Origin: an uncultured bacterium
GTDB taxonomy: Bacteria; Planctomycetota; UBA1135; GCA-002686595
NCBI GenBank assembly: GCA_943787795.1
Contig: CALSNU010000008.1
Location: 1-40,718 of the forward strand
DNA: 40,718 bases
Direction of reading: 5' to 3'
Positions 9,956 through 18,630 of this stretch are shown here, piece after piece. Position numbers and translations under genes: made by a program. The stretch's first letter is position 1. Every line of letters starts with the position of its first letter. The notes under the pieces were generated by a model, which saw only the letters and a program-made list of their open reading frames with translations, was not told the origin of the DNA and made no database searches.

Positions 9956-10942
9956 TCAAGGCTGCCCCGTCAGGGCAGAGCCAGCGAGGCGAACGAACTC
10001 GGCGACCGCCGGACCAAAGGTCCACACGAAGACGCCGGGGAGGAAGCAGATGACGAGGGGGAAGGCGAGCTTGGTCGGGAGGACCTGGGCCCTCTGGATA
10101 GCCTCCTCGCGGCGGCGGCCCCACAGGTCCGTCGCCTGGCGGCGCAGGGTCTCGCCCAGGCTCGCCCCCTGGCTCTCCGCGTGGATCAGGGCCGAGCTGA
10201 AGGCGAGCAAGGAGGGGACATCGAGCTCCTGGGCCACGGCGCGGATGGCGGTGGCCCGGGGGACGCCGGCCATGGTGGCCGAGCGCATCCGGGCGAACTC
10301 GACGGCGAGCACGCGCTCCGGGCCGAGGGCCTGCTCGACCCGCTGTACCGCGGCGTCGAAGCCCATGCCCGACTCGACGAGGCTGGCCAGGAGGCTGAGG
10401 ACCGTCGGCATGTCTCGCTCGACCTCCTCCACGCGGCGCTGCCGCTGCTGACGGACCCACACCACAGGCAGCATCGTCACGAGGAGGGCGATCAGCCAGG
10501 TCGCCGCGCGCATGACCGGGACGAAGATCGTGGCGAACCCGCCGGGCACGCCCTCCAGCCAGCCGACCGCGGCGTCCGTGAAGCCGGAGGCGTCGACCAT
10601 CAGCGCCAGGAACGCGGCCGAGAGCGCGGCGCCGATCATCCACAGCACGAAGCGTGAGGGAGCCGACGCATCCGTCATGCCCGCGCTGATGAGCCAGCGC
10701 CGCAGCCACCCGGCGCCAGGCGTCACGCCCGAACCCGGCGGGAGGGGGGTCGCGGCGGTGACGGGCGCGGTGGGAGCCTCGGACGAGCCCTCCCGAAAGA
10801 GCACCGAGGCCACCCGGCGGCGCCGACGGGCGTGCCGCAGATAGAGGGCAAGGAGCAGCAGCCCGCCGGCGCCGGCCGCGAAGACCCACGGCTGGGGCTC
10901 GCTGAGCCCGAGGGGGAGGGCCGCGCTGGAGGGGGACTGCAC
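9956..10942 (-). CDS. tadC: Tad inner-membrane platform protein TadC (T2SSF family)
   Basis: T2SSF domain (VERDMPTVLSLLASLVESGMGFDAA...GASLGETLRRQA...KLAFPLVICFLP), directly after tadB. GTG start at 10942. Confidence 0.88.
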   Translation of the reverse strand: MQSPSSAALPLGLSEPQPWVFAAGAGGLLLLALYLRHARRRRRVASVLFREGSSEAPTAPVTAATPLPPGSGVTPGAGWLRRWLISAGMTDASAPSRFVLWMIGAALSAAFLALMVDASGFTDAAVGWLEGVPGGFATIFVPVMRAATWLIALLVTMLPVVWVRQQRQRRVEEVERDMPTVLSLLASLVESGMGFDAAVQRVEQALGPERVLAVEFARMRSATMAGVPRATAIRAVAQELDVPSLLAFSSALIHAESQGASLGETLRRQATDLWGRRREEAIQRAQVLPTKLAFPLVICFLPGVFVWTFGPAVAEFVRLAGSALTGQP

Positions 10943-10944
10943 GG

Positions 10945-11757
10945 TCAGACCTCGACCTGAATGGTGCGCGAGATCCAGGCCACGCCGATGGCCTGGAGGA
11001 AGACGGAGAGACCGACCGCAGAGAGGCCCAGGTCGTTGGACAGGAAGCCTTCCACGCGGTCGGGGTACTGCTTCCACATCAGGAAGGCGAGCCCGTAGGT
11101 GATCGCGAGGATGCCGGCCACGGAGGCCTGGGTCTCCACGGCCTGGGAGCCCGAGCGCCGGATGACGTCGACCCGGTCGCGGATGGTGCGGGCCACCTCG
11201 CTCAGGGACTGGGCCACGCTACCGCCGCTGTTGAAGTGCGATGCGAGCGTGAAGGCGAAGAGCCGGACCCCCTCCTGGGGGTACCGATCCACGACGTCGA
11301 AGAGGACCGTGGCGGGGGCGTCGCCGATCCGGATGCGATCGCAGATCTCGTCGAGGATCCCGGCCGTGCGGCCGCGGGTCTCCTTCGCGGCGGTGTTGAG
11401 GCTGTCCACGAGCGCGGCGCCTGCGCGGAGGGAGGCCACCACCAGATCGAGGGCCGAGGCCAGGTCGAGCTCCAGGGCCACGTCCCGACGGGAGGCGTGG
11501 GTCTTGAGGGCCACGTGGCAGCCGACGCCGAAGAAGGCGCCCACGGCGCAGGCGATGATGGTGGGCAAGCCTCCTGCGAGGCATGCGAGGGCCGCGGTCG
11601 GGGCGGCGACCAGGCTGATGAGGGCCCGGCTCCTCGCCCGCTCCCGGCCCTGGGAGGGACGCCCGGCCTCCGTTCCGGCGCCGCTCCCGCCACGGATGAA
11701 GTGCACCAGCGCACCGAGGAGGACGGCGAGGGTGAGGCTCAGGAGGATGTCCAGCAT
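10945..11757 (-). CDS. tadB: Tad inner-membrane platform protein TadB (T2SSF family)
   Basis: ALDLVVASLRAG...GGSVAQSLSEVARTIRDR motif, directly after the ATPase. Confidence 0.88.
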   Translation of the reverse strand: MLDILLSLTLAVLLGALVHFIRGGSGAGTEAGRPSQGRERARSRALISLVAAPTAALACLAGGLPTIIACAVGAFFGVGCHVALKTHASRRDVALELDLASALDLVVASLRAGAALVDSLNTAAKETRGRTAGILDEICDRIRIGDAPATVLFDVVDRYPQEGVRLFAFTLASHFNSGGSVAQSLSEVARTIRDRVDVIRRSGSQAVETQASVAGILAITYGLAFLMWKQYPDRVEGFLSNDLGLSAVGLSVFLQAIGVAWISRTIQVEV

Positions 11758-11769
11758 GGCGACCGGGGC

Positions 11770-13179
11770 CTAGCGGCCCCCGAGAGCCTCTCCCGTCGGC
11801 GAGGCGAAGATCTCCAGGGGGATGTCCTCGCCTCCCGCTCGCAGGGCGTGGACGAAGCGCGGCACGATCCCGGTGGCCTCGAAGCGGCCCATCAGGCGGC
11901 CCTCGTTCGAGCCGTAGGAGCGATAGACGAACAGGTCCTGGAGCAGGGGCGTCCCCGACTCCATCCCGGTCACCTCGGAGATCGACGCGATGCGGCGTAC
12001 GCCGTCCTCGAAGCGCCGCACATGAACGACGAGGTCGAGCGCGGAGGTGATCTGCTCCCTGATCGCCCTTGAGGGCAGGTCCGCGCCCGCCATGAGCACC
12101 ATGGTCTCCAGGCGTGCGAGGGCGTCGCGCGTGGAGTTGGCGTGGACGGTGCACAGGCCTCCCTCGTGGCCCGTGTTCATGGCCTGCAGCATGTCCAGCG
12201 CCTCCCCCGAGCGCACCTCGCCCAGGATGATGCGCGAGGGACGCATGCGCAGGCTGTTGATGAGGAGGTCGCGGGCGGTCAAGGTGCCGCTGCCCTCGGC
12301 GTTCGGCGGACGCGTCTCCAGGCGAACCACGTGCCGCTGATCCAGGGTCAGCTCGGCGGTGTCCTCGATGGTGACGACGCGCTCATCCTCGGGGATCGCC
12401 TCGGCGAGGATGCCCAGGAGCGTCGACTTACCCGCGCCCGTGCCGCCGGAGAGCAGCACGTTCTGCCGCGTCCGGACCGCCGTGGACAGCAGGGTCCACA
12501 TGGCCTCGTCGAGCATCCGTAGCTTCAGGACGTCCACGGAGCGGAGCCGGTTGCGCCCGAAGCGGCGAATGGAGAGCGTGGGCCCGTCGATGCTCACGGG
12601 CGGGATGGTGGCGTTCATCCGGCTGCCGTCCGGCAGTCGCAGGTCCACCATGGGCGAGGACTGGTCGATCCGGCGCCCGGAGGACACCGCCAGCCGCTCG
12701 ATCATGCGCAGGAGGTGATCGTTGCTGGCGAAGCGGACGTTGACCTGCTGGAGCTTGCCGAAGCGCTCCACGAAGACCTGGTCATGGCGGTTGACCAGGA
12801 TGTCTGTGATGGCGGGGTCGAGGAGCAACGGGCTCAGGGGGCCGAGCCCCGTGGCCTCCTCGCTGAGCTCTTGGGCGAGCTGCTGCTGTTCGGTCTGGTT
12901 GAGGGGGAGCGACTCGGTCTGGAGCAACTCCGCGACCCATTCGTTGACGGCGACCTCCAGCTCGTCAGGGCCAAGGCCCAGGAGCCCGTCCTCCTGCAGC
13001 TCGGCGATCATCCTCGCGTGCAGGTCGGCCTTGAGCGCGGTGTAGTCGTCCTGACGCGGGACCTCCTCGGCCGCCGAGCTTCCCTGGTTCGGGCCCGTGG
13101 TCCGCTGGGTGACCGCGTTGTCCTTCGGGCGCGGGCGCCGGAAGAGAGAGCGGGTGTCGAGGAGGTCATTGCGGTCCAT
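11770..13179 (-). CDS. cpaF: Tad/Flp pilus assembly ATPase CpaF/TadA
   Basis: Walker [46 protein letters not shown]. Confidence 0.96.
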   Translation of the reverse strand: MDRNDLLDTRSLFRRPRPKDNAVTQRTTGPNQGSSAAEEVPRQDDYTALKADLHARMIAELQEDGLLGLGPDELEVAVNEWVAELLQTESLPLNQTEQQQLAQELSEEATGLGPLSPLLLDPAITDILVNRHDQVFVERFGKLQQVNVRFASNDHLLRMIERLAVSSGRRIDQSSPMVDLRLPDGSRMNATIPPVSIDGPTLSIRRFGRNRLRSVDVLKLRMLDEAMWTLLSTAVRTRQNVLLSGGTGAGKSTLLGILAEAIPEDERVVTIEDTAELTLDQRHVVRLETRPPNAEGSGTLTARDLLINSLRMRPSRIILGEVRSGEALDMLQAMNTGHEGGLCTVHANSTRDALARLETMVLMAGADLPSRAIREQITSALDLVVHVRRFEDGVRRIASISEVTGMESGTPLLQDLFVYRSYGSNEGRLMGRFEATGIVPRFVHALRAGGEDIPLEIFASPTGEALGGR

Positions 13180-14416
13180 GGTGAGCACCCCCTTGGCTGG
13201 CAGCCTGGACCCTGGACAGGTCAGGCTGAAGTTCAGGGGTGACGGGGTCGCTCACCAGCGACGTGTTCGCCGACACGGCGTCCTTGACGACGCGGTTGAT
13301 CGCGCGCTGCCACGCGCCCATTCGGTTGATCGAGATGAACCTCGGCTTGCCGGAGTTCGCGGCGGAGAGGACGGCCTTGGAGTAGGGCACCACGTGATCC
13401 ACGGGGCGATCGAGCCGGGTGGCGACGTCGGTCGGCGTGATCCCGAGGCCGCGGCCGGGGTGGGTCCGGTTGAGGATCACCCGCGACCTGGAGCGTTCGA
13501 CGCCCACGCGCTCGAGGACCCGCAGCAGCTCGGCGGAGCCGTTGATCGTGGGGCCCGAGTCGTTGAGCACGGTGAAGGTCAGGTGGGAGAGGTCGAGGAT
13601 GGCCAGGGTGACGCTGTCGAGGAGGGGGAAGGTGTCCACCACGACGTAGTCGTAGGCCCGCCTCGCCACCGAGATGACCCTGGAGATCACGGCCTCGTCC
13701 ACCGCGGCGGCGTCGATGGCGTTGGAGGGGGCGGGGAGCAGGTGAAGGCCCGAGGCGTGCTCGGTCACCAGGCCCGCGAGGAGCCGGGCGTCGAGGCGCT
13801 CCACCTCTCTGGCGGCGTCGGCGAGAGTGGCCTCAGGGGAGAGCCCCAGGAGGTCCGCTGCGACCCCGTGCTGGATCGACGCGTCCACCAGCAGGACGGA
13901 CCCCGAGCGGGTCAGTCCCACGGCGGTGTTGATGCCCACCGTCGACTTGCCGACGCCTCCCTTGCTCCCCACAAAGGACAGCACCTTGCCCACGCTGCGG
14001 GGGCTCTCTTCCTCCCGCGCGAGGATCTCTCGATCGACCAGTTCGCGCACCTCCGGCCTCGAGAGCGGGCGGCTCAGGAAGTCCCGGAGGCCCGAGCGCA
14101 GGAGCTCGACCAGACCCGAGCTCAACGCGCCGTCGCCGTCGAACTCCTGCCTCCGGTAGGTGGCGACGACGACGGGAGGGTGGTCGACCCCGCGCAGCTC
14201 CTCGGCGAGCCGCTTGGCCTGGGTGATGTCCTGGCCGAGCTCCACGAGGAGCAGGTCCACGGGGCGCTCGGTGGCGTGGCGGATCGCGCGGCGCTCGTCC
14301 TCCTCCACGTGGAGAACGAAGCGGACGTCCTCACCGAGGTCGTCGGTGGAAGCCGTGAACTCGGACACGAGGCCCGGGTCATGGGTGAGGAGGAGTGTTT
14401 GGATGGTGCGCTGCAC
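13166..14416 (-). CDS. cpaE: Pilus assembly protein CpaE/TadZ (receiver-like domain + MinD/ParA ATPase)
   Basis: N-terminal receiver-like domain, deviant Walker A GSKGGVGKST, YDYVVVDT. Overlaps the cpaF start. Confidence 0.9.
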   Translation of the reverse strand: MQRTIQTLLLTHDPGLVSEFTASTDDLGEDVRFVLHVEEDERRAIRHATERPVDLLLVELGQDITQAKRLAEELRGVDHPPVVVATYRRQEFDGDGALSSGLVELLRSGLRDFLSRPLSRPEVRELVDREILAREEESPRSVGKVLSFVGSKGGVGKSTVGINTAVGLTRSGSVLLVDASIQHGVAADLLGLSPEATLADAAREVERLDARLLAGLVTEHASGLHLLPAPSNAIDAAAVDEAVISRVISVARRAYDYVVVDTFPLLDSVTLAILDLSHLTFTVLNDSGPTINGSAELLRVLERVGVERSRSRVILNRTHPGRGLGITPTDVATRLDRPVDHVVPYSKAVLSAANSGKPRFISINRMGAWQRAINRVVKDAVSANTSLVSDPVTPELQPDLSRVQAASQGGAHHGPQ

Positions 14417-14455
14417 GGCAGGAAATCCAGGGCGATTGGGGAGGGAGAGAGCGGG

Positions 14456-15757
14456 TCAGCGCGCGAGGACCGGTGCGAGCAGGCGGGCGTCCGTGGGGGC
14501 CACGGGCGGGAGTGAGAGGTCGAACGCCGCGGTGGGTTGAGCGGTGGCGTTGGCCGGCGCGACGGTGTCATCGAGCTTGATCCCCACGAGCCGCAGGGTC
14601 GGGCCCGCCTCGACGGCGGCGACCTCGAGCTGGACCGCGACGAAGCCGCGGATGCGCAGGGCGCCGGCCCCCGGCTCCCGGACGTGGATGGAGGCATACG
14701 CGAGCCCGTCGAGCTCGGGGGAGGGCTCGGAGGGGATCAGGACCGGGCCCTCGGAGACCAGCGCTCCGAGGCGCGGGGCCCCCGCCACGGCCTCCCCGGC
14801 GGCGGTCCCGCCGATGTCGCCGTTGGCGTCGAGGACCGCCGTGAACTGCCCGCGTACGGGGATTGCGGCCCACTCCACCGCGTCGAATGAGAGCCAGCGC
14901 ACCGTCCCCGGCGTCCCGCCCGTCGCCAGCGGAGCGAGGCCCGGTAGGCCAGGCCGGGCGAGGCCCGCGGCGGTCACAGGGCGCGCGTCGGCAATGGCAG
15001 CAGCCCGGACGGTGATGCCGTCCCGGCGGGGATCGTAGACGGCGGGGTCCGGCGTGCCGAGGGCCGCGGAGCCGAGCCCGAAGAGGTACGGCAGCGTCGG
15101 CCCCGATGAGCTGACCCCGGGGACGCGGTCGAGCGGTTCGGTGGTCCTTGTGCGTCGGAGGCGCGCGAGGAACGAGGGGCCCCTGTCCTCCGGGATGAAG
15201 TCCAACCGCGAGTAGTCGCCGGATTCGACGTGCCAGTCGACCCTGGCGGGGTCAACCGGGTCGAGGGCGGTGAAGGCGCCCGCCACGAGGTCGCCGCTCT
15301 GCGCGTTCGAGCCCACGTTGAGCTGGAGCGTTGGGATCCAGGGCGCTGCGGGGTCAAGCACGCCGCCGATCGGGTCATTGACGCCGCTGACCCCGGTCCC
15401 GAGGACGAGCCCGGCGCCCAGCAGGAACTGGTCGGGGCCGGTGGCGAGGTCGAGGTCCTCGTCGAAGACGAGCTGCGCGAGGAGCGAGGCCGACTGTCGC
15501 CGCTGCTGGTCCGGGTCGGGGACCGCCGCGTCGCGGCCTGACAGGCCCTCCAGGGCCGCCACGTCGGCGCTGGTCTGCATCTGCAGCTGGGTGGTGCGGG
15601 CGATGCCCAGGTCCACCACCACGGCGCAGAGCCCGAGGAACGCGATGAAGAAGAACGCGAAGAACAGCACGACGACGCCGCGCCGACCCGGAGGGGCCGC
15701 GCGGAAGCGCTCGCGGGTCAGCCCGCGGGGTCTTGAGGTCGCACCGGTCGTGGTCAT
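14456..15757 (-). CDS. tadG: TadG-like pilus assembly protein/pseudopilin
   Basis: RRG-VVVLFFAFF...VVDLGIARTTQLQMQTSADVAALEG matches the Tad N-terminal motif. Confidence 0.8.
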   Translation of the reverse strand: MTTTGATSRPRGLTRERFRAAPPGRRGVVVLFFAFFFIAFLGLCAVVVDLGIARTTQLQMQTSADVAALEGLSGRDAAVPDPDQQRRQSASLLAQLVFDEDLDLATGPDQFLLGAGLVLGTGVSGVNDPIGGVLDPAAPWIPTLQLNVGSNAQSGDLVAGAFTALDPVDPARVDWHVESGDYSRLDFIPEDRGPSFLARLRRTRTTEPLDRVPGVSSSGPTLPYLFGLGSAALGTPDPAVYDPRRDGITVRAAAIADARPVTAAGLARPGLPGLAPLATGGTPGTVRWLSFDAVEWAAIPVRGQFTAVLDANGDIGGTAAGEAVAGAPRLGALVSEGPVLIPSEPSPELDGLAYASIHVREPGAGALRIRGFVAVQLEVAAVEAGPTLRLVGIKLDDTVAPANATAQPTAAFDLSLPPVAPTDARLLAPVLAR

Positions 15758-15761
15758 CTGG

Positions 15762-16868
15762 TCAGCGCTCGCTGGGGTCTTCGTTCCGCGCCCTTGGGAC
15801 GGGCGTCAATACGCGCTCGCCGCCGACGAGGGTCTCGATCACGGTCATGTCGAGTGGCTCGTAGCCGGCGGGCAGGGTGGGGGGGCCGTCGTCCTCGGAG
15901 GGCTCTTCAGCGTCCTCCTCGTCGTCCAGGAGGCCGGGCGTCAGGCTCTCGGCCGGGTCGTCGGGGTGCCCGGAGCGAGCGACGCACGTGAGGTCGGCCT
16001 CGAGCCGGATCGCGGCCATGAGCGGCGCGACCTCCGGCGGTGCCAGGGCGATGATCATCTCCTGAACGGGACGGGTGCCGTTCACCTGGCCGGCCGTGAG
16101 GCTGGAGCTGGAGGTCGGGATGAAGCGGGTCTCGATCGGCGAGACGACCACACCGTTCTGGACGATCACGTCGACCCTCGCGCGCTTGGAGTCCTTGGGG
16201 CCCTGCGCGCCCCCGGACTTCGGGAGCAGGTCAGAGTAGACCCCGCTGAAGGACGAGCCGTCGCCCGCCCTCGTCACCGCGGCCGAGGGGCGTGGGCTCT
16301 CAAGATCGCGGGCGGCGATCAGGTCGAAGCGGTCGCCGGGATTCAGGCCGATGATCCCACGAACGAGCTCGACGTCGATGCGCAGGGCGCGCTTCCCGGG
16401 GGGGATCCCGCCCGCGAGTCCGGGGCGGGTGCCCTTGGGCAAGAAGTCGGCCTCGGTGAAGGCGAAGCCGGGCCGCTTGGCCCTCGCCATGACGCGCCCG
16501 ACGATTCCGCTCGTCCCGACGAGCACATCGTTCTCGCCGACGAACGCCTCGTCCAGGTCGATGAAGCTGAACGCGCCACGCCTGGTGTCGAAGAGATCGT
16601 CCCTGGTGACTCGCGCGTACGGCTCGATGGCACGCGCCGAGATGAGGACGCGGATCTTGCCCTCGGCGGGCGGCTGGATGGTCGGGCCCGTGATCGGGCC
16701 GGCGGCGGCGACCGGCTCTGGTGTCGGCGAGAAGAGGCCGAAGGGGTCGCGGAGCGGTTGTCCGCTGACGCGCAGGTAGAGGAGCCAGCCCAGGCCACCG
16801 ATCAGGACGGTGAGCAGGATGAGGGGGCCGTACGGGCGTCGACGGGATCTGCGGGGTGCAATGGCCAT
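15762..16868 (-). CDS. cpaB: Flp pilus assembly protein CpaB/RcpC (SAF domain)
   Basis: N-terminal TM segment, then VLISARAIEPY...IVGRV...IPPGKRALRI...GLNPGDRFDLI. Confidence 0.85.
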   Translation of the reverse strand: MAIAPRRSRRRPYGPLILLTVLIGGLGWLLYLRVSGQPLRDPFGLFSPTPEPVAAAGPITGPTIQPPAEGKIRVLISARAIEPYARVTRDDLFDTRRGAFSFIDLDEAFVGENDVLVGTSGIVGRVMARAKRPGFAFTEADFLPKGTRPGLAGGIPPGKRALRIDVELVRGIIGLNPGDRFDLIAARDLESPRPSAAVTRAGDGSSFSGVYSDLLPKSGGAQGPKDSKRARVDVIVQNGVVVSPIETRFIPTSSSSLTAGQVNGTRPVQEMIIALAPPEVAPLMAAIRLEADLTCVARSGHPDDPAESLTPGLLDDEEDAEEPSEDDGPPTLPAGYEPLDMTVIETLVGGERVLTPVPRARNEDPSER

Positions 16869-16890
16869 GGGAGGGGCGAGCGCTACGGCG

Positions 16891-17775
16891 CTAGAGGATG
16901 AGCTCGCGCCGGAAGAGCGCCTGAGCGGCTACGAGGCGACGAAAGGGGCGTACTTCGGTGCCCAGGGCTTCCTGGCGACCCAGCCCGAGGGAGCCGGCGT
17001 ACGGCCCGGCGCCGTCCGGCCCAGGGCCGAGGATCACGTTGGATCCGCCGAGCGAGATGTCGGCCTTGATCGCCCGGCTCTCGCCGGCGTCAGAGATCAG
17101 GTAGGCCGTCAAGGCGGCGGCCTGGAAGGGGACGTTGAGGCGTACCGCGGCGATGCCGCCCCGGGAGATGGCGAAGGCACCGGGCTGTCCGTTTCCGGCG
17201 ACCTCTTCCAGGACCGGGGCCAGCTCGATGCTGGTCTCCAGCCCGGTGGTCGGGTCCCGCTCAAGGATTCGCGGGACAAGCACGGACAGGCCTGTGGGGC
17301 TGGTGGAGGAGTCGATGAGCGCGCCGGGCATGTGCAGGAGCCTGCGGGTCCCGCCGGGGGTGGCCACGGTGGAGGTGATCATCAGCGGCCGCAGGGCCTG
17401 GTTGACCACGGGCATGCTGGCGAAGAAGGCCTCGAGCGCGGGGCCAGGCGGGGTCGCGACGAGGTCGACGACCACGTAGTCCGCGTCATACACCGCCCCG
17501 CGAAAGCCCGGCTCGGCGAGCGCGTCCTGGAAGCCGAAGTCGGCCGGGAGGGGATACAGCGCGAACTCGCGGGCGGCGAAGCGCGCGGCATCTTGCGCGG
17601 CCTGGCTGACGGCCATCCAGCGTCCCAGGGAGAGCATCCCGGCCAGGACGAGGTAGAGGCTGAGCGAGATGAGCGCGAACTCCACGGCGACGCCCCCAGC
17701 TCGGAGTTCTCCGAGCCGGGAGTGGCGGATCGCCGCGCACGTGGCGAGCGGCGTTGTGCTCAGGCCTGTAGCCAT
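16891..17775 (-). CDS. tadE: TadE-like pseudopilin
   Basis: RAG-GVAVEFALISLSLYLVL...QAAQDAARFAARE matches the TadE motif. Confidence 0.85.
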   Translation of the reverse strand: MATGLSTTPLATCAAIRHSRLGELRAGGVAVEFALISLSLYLVLAGMLSLGRWMAVSQAAQDAARFAAREFALYPLPADFGFQDALAEPGFRGAVYDADYVVVDLVATPPGPALEAFFASMPVVNQALRPLMITSTVATPGGTRRLLHMPGALIDSSTSPTGLSVLVPRILERDPTTGLETSIELAPVLEEVAGNGQPGAFAISRGGIAAVRLNVPFQAAALTAYLISDAGESRAIKADISLGGSNVILGPGPDGAGPYAGSLGLGRQEALGTEVRPFRRLVAAQALFRRELIL

Positions 17776-18173
17776 TTCAAAGGGAGGAGGGCGAGGAGCC
17801 CGAGGAGCATGGCCGGCGCGTAGGCGATCTCGGTCTCGCCCAGCCGCCGGGCCCGCAGGGCCAGGACTCCGCCGAAGATGGAGGTAGCCAGGAAGAACGC
17901 GAGGAAGGGGAGGAGCCCCAGCGCAGGACCCAGCGCGATGGCGAGCTTCGTGTCGCCCCCTCCGAACCAGCCGAGGCGGAAGAGGGGCAGGGTGATGAGC
18001 ATCGCCGCCACCATGCCCAAGGCCGCTTGGCCCCACCCGAGCGGGTGGAGGCCAGCGGCCGTAAGGGCGAGGGCGCAGAGGAGCAGCCCGCCCGGGATCG
18101 CGTTCGGGATCCGCCGGCTACGCAGGTCGAAGGCCGAGGCCAACGACACGGCGCCCATGGCGAGGAAGAACAC
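17760..18173 (-). CDS. cpaA: Prepilin peptidase, A24 family (CpaA/TadV)
   Basis: FDLRSRRIPN, FGGGDTKL and IAYAPAM motifs with two catalytic Asp. Start uncertain: GTG18173, or an upstream out-of-frame ATG near 18201. Confidence 0.9.
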   Translation of the reverse strand: MFFLAMGAVSLASAFDLRSRRIPNAIPGGLLLCALALTAAGLHPLGWGQAALGMVAAMLITLPLFRLGWFGGGDTKLAIALGPALGLLPFLAFFLATSIFGGVLALRARRLGETEIAYAPAMLLGLLALLPLKWLQA

Positions 18174-18218
18174 GATCGGCGGGGAGGTGCGGGATGCCCA
18201 TGCGCAGCGCGCTTGGGA

Positions 18219-18566
18219 TCACTCGCCGACTTCGAGCACGAGGCCGCCGACGCCGCCGACGCCGCCGGTGATGCCGAGGTTCGTGTCGAGGCGGGGGGTG
18301 TCCGAGTTCGCCAGGATGGTGGCGACGTCGAGCTGGATCGGGCCGGCGTCGGCGCCGGTGGTCTCGATGATCTTGCCGCTCTGGATCGGGCCGTTGTCGT
18401 CGGCGTGGGCGCCGGGCATGATCGCGGCGACCGAGCTGATGAGGTCGTTGGTCTTGTGACCGAAGACGGCGACGCCGGCGGCGGAGATGAGGGCGACGCC
18501 GGCGGCGAGGAGCGAGTACTCGAGGAGGGCAGCGCCCTTCTCGTCACGGATGAGGTTCTTGAACAT
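18219..18566 (-). CDS. flp: Flp family type IVc major pilin with an extended C-terminus (115 aa)
   Basis: MFKNLIRDEKG/AALLEYSLL: class III signal with Glu+5 and Tyr+6. Confidence 0.92.
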   Translation of the reverse strand: MFKNLIRDEKGAALLEYSLLAAGVALISAAGVAVFGHKTNDLISSVAAIMPGAHADDNGPIQSGKIIETTGADAGPIQLDVATILANSDTPRLDTNLGITGGVGGVGGLVLEVGE

Positions 18567-18630
18567 GGTCTCTGTCGAGAAAGAGGGGTGGGAAGTGCCG
18601 CAGGGCCCCGGATAGGACCCCACGACGTGG

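Noticed and set aside
18174..18221. The pilin TGA is in frame with the downstream prepilin peptidase, suggesting read-through or Sec fusion
   Set aside because: No hairpin with a GUG loop at +18, the intervening codons (SQARCAWASRTSPP) look non-coding, and pilin and peptidase are normally separate proteins.
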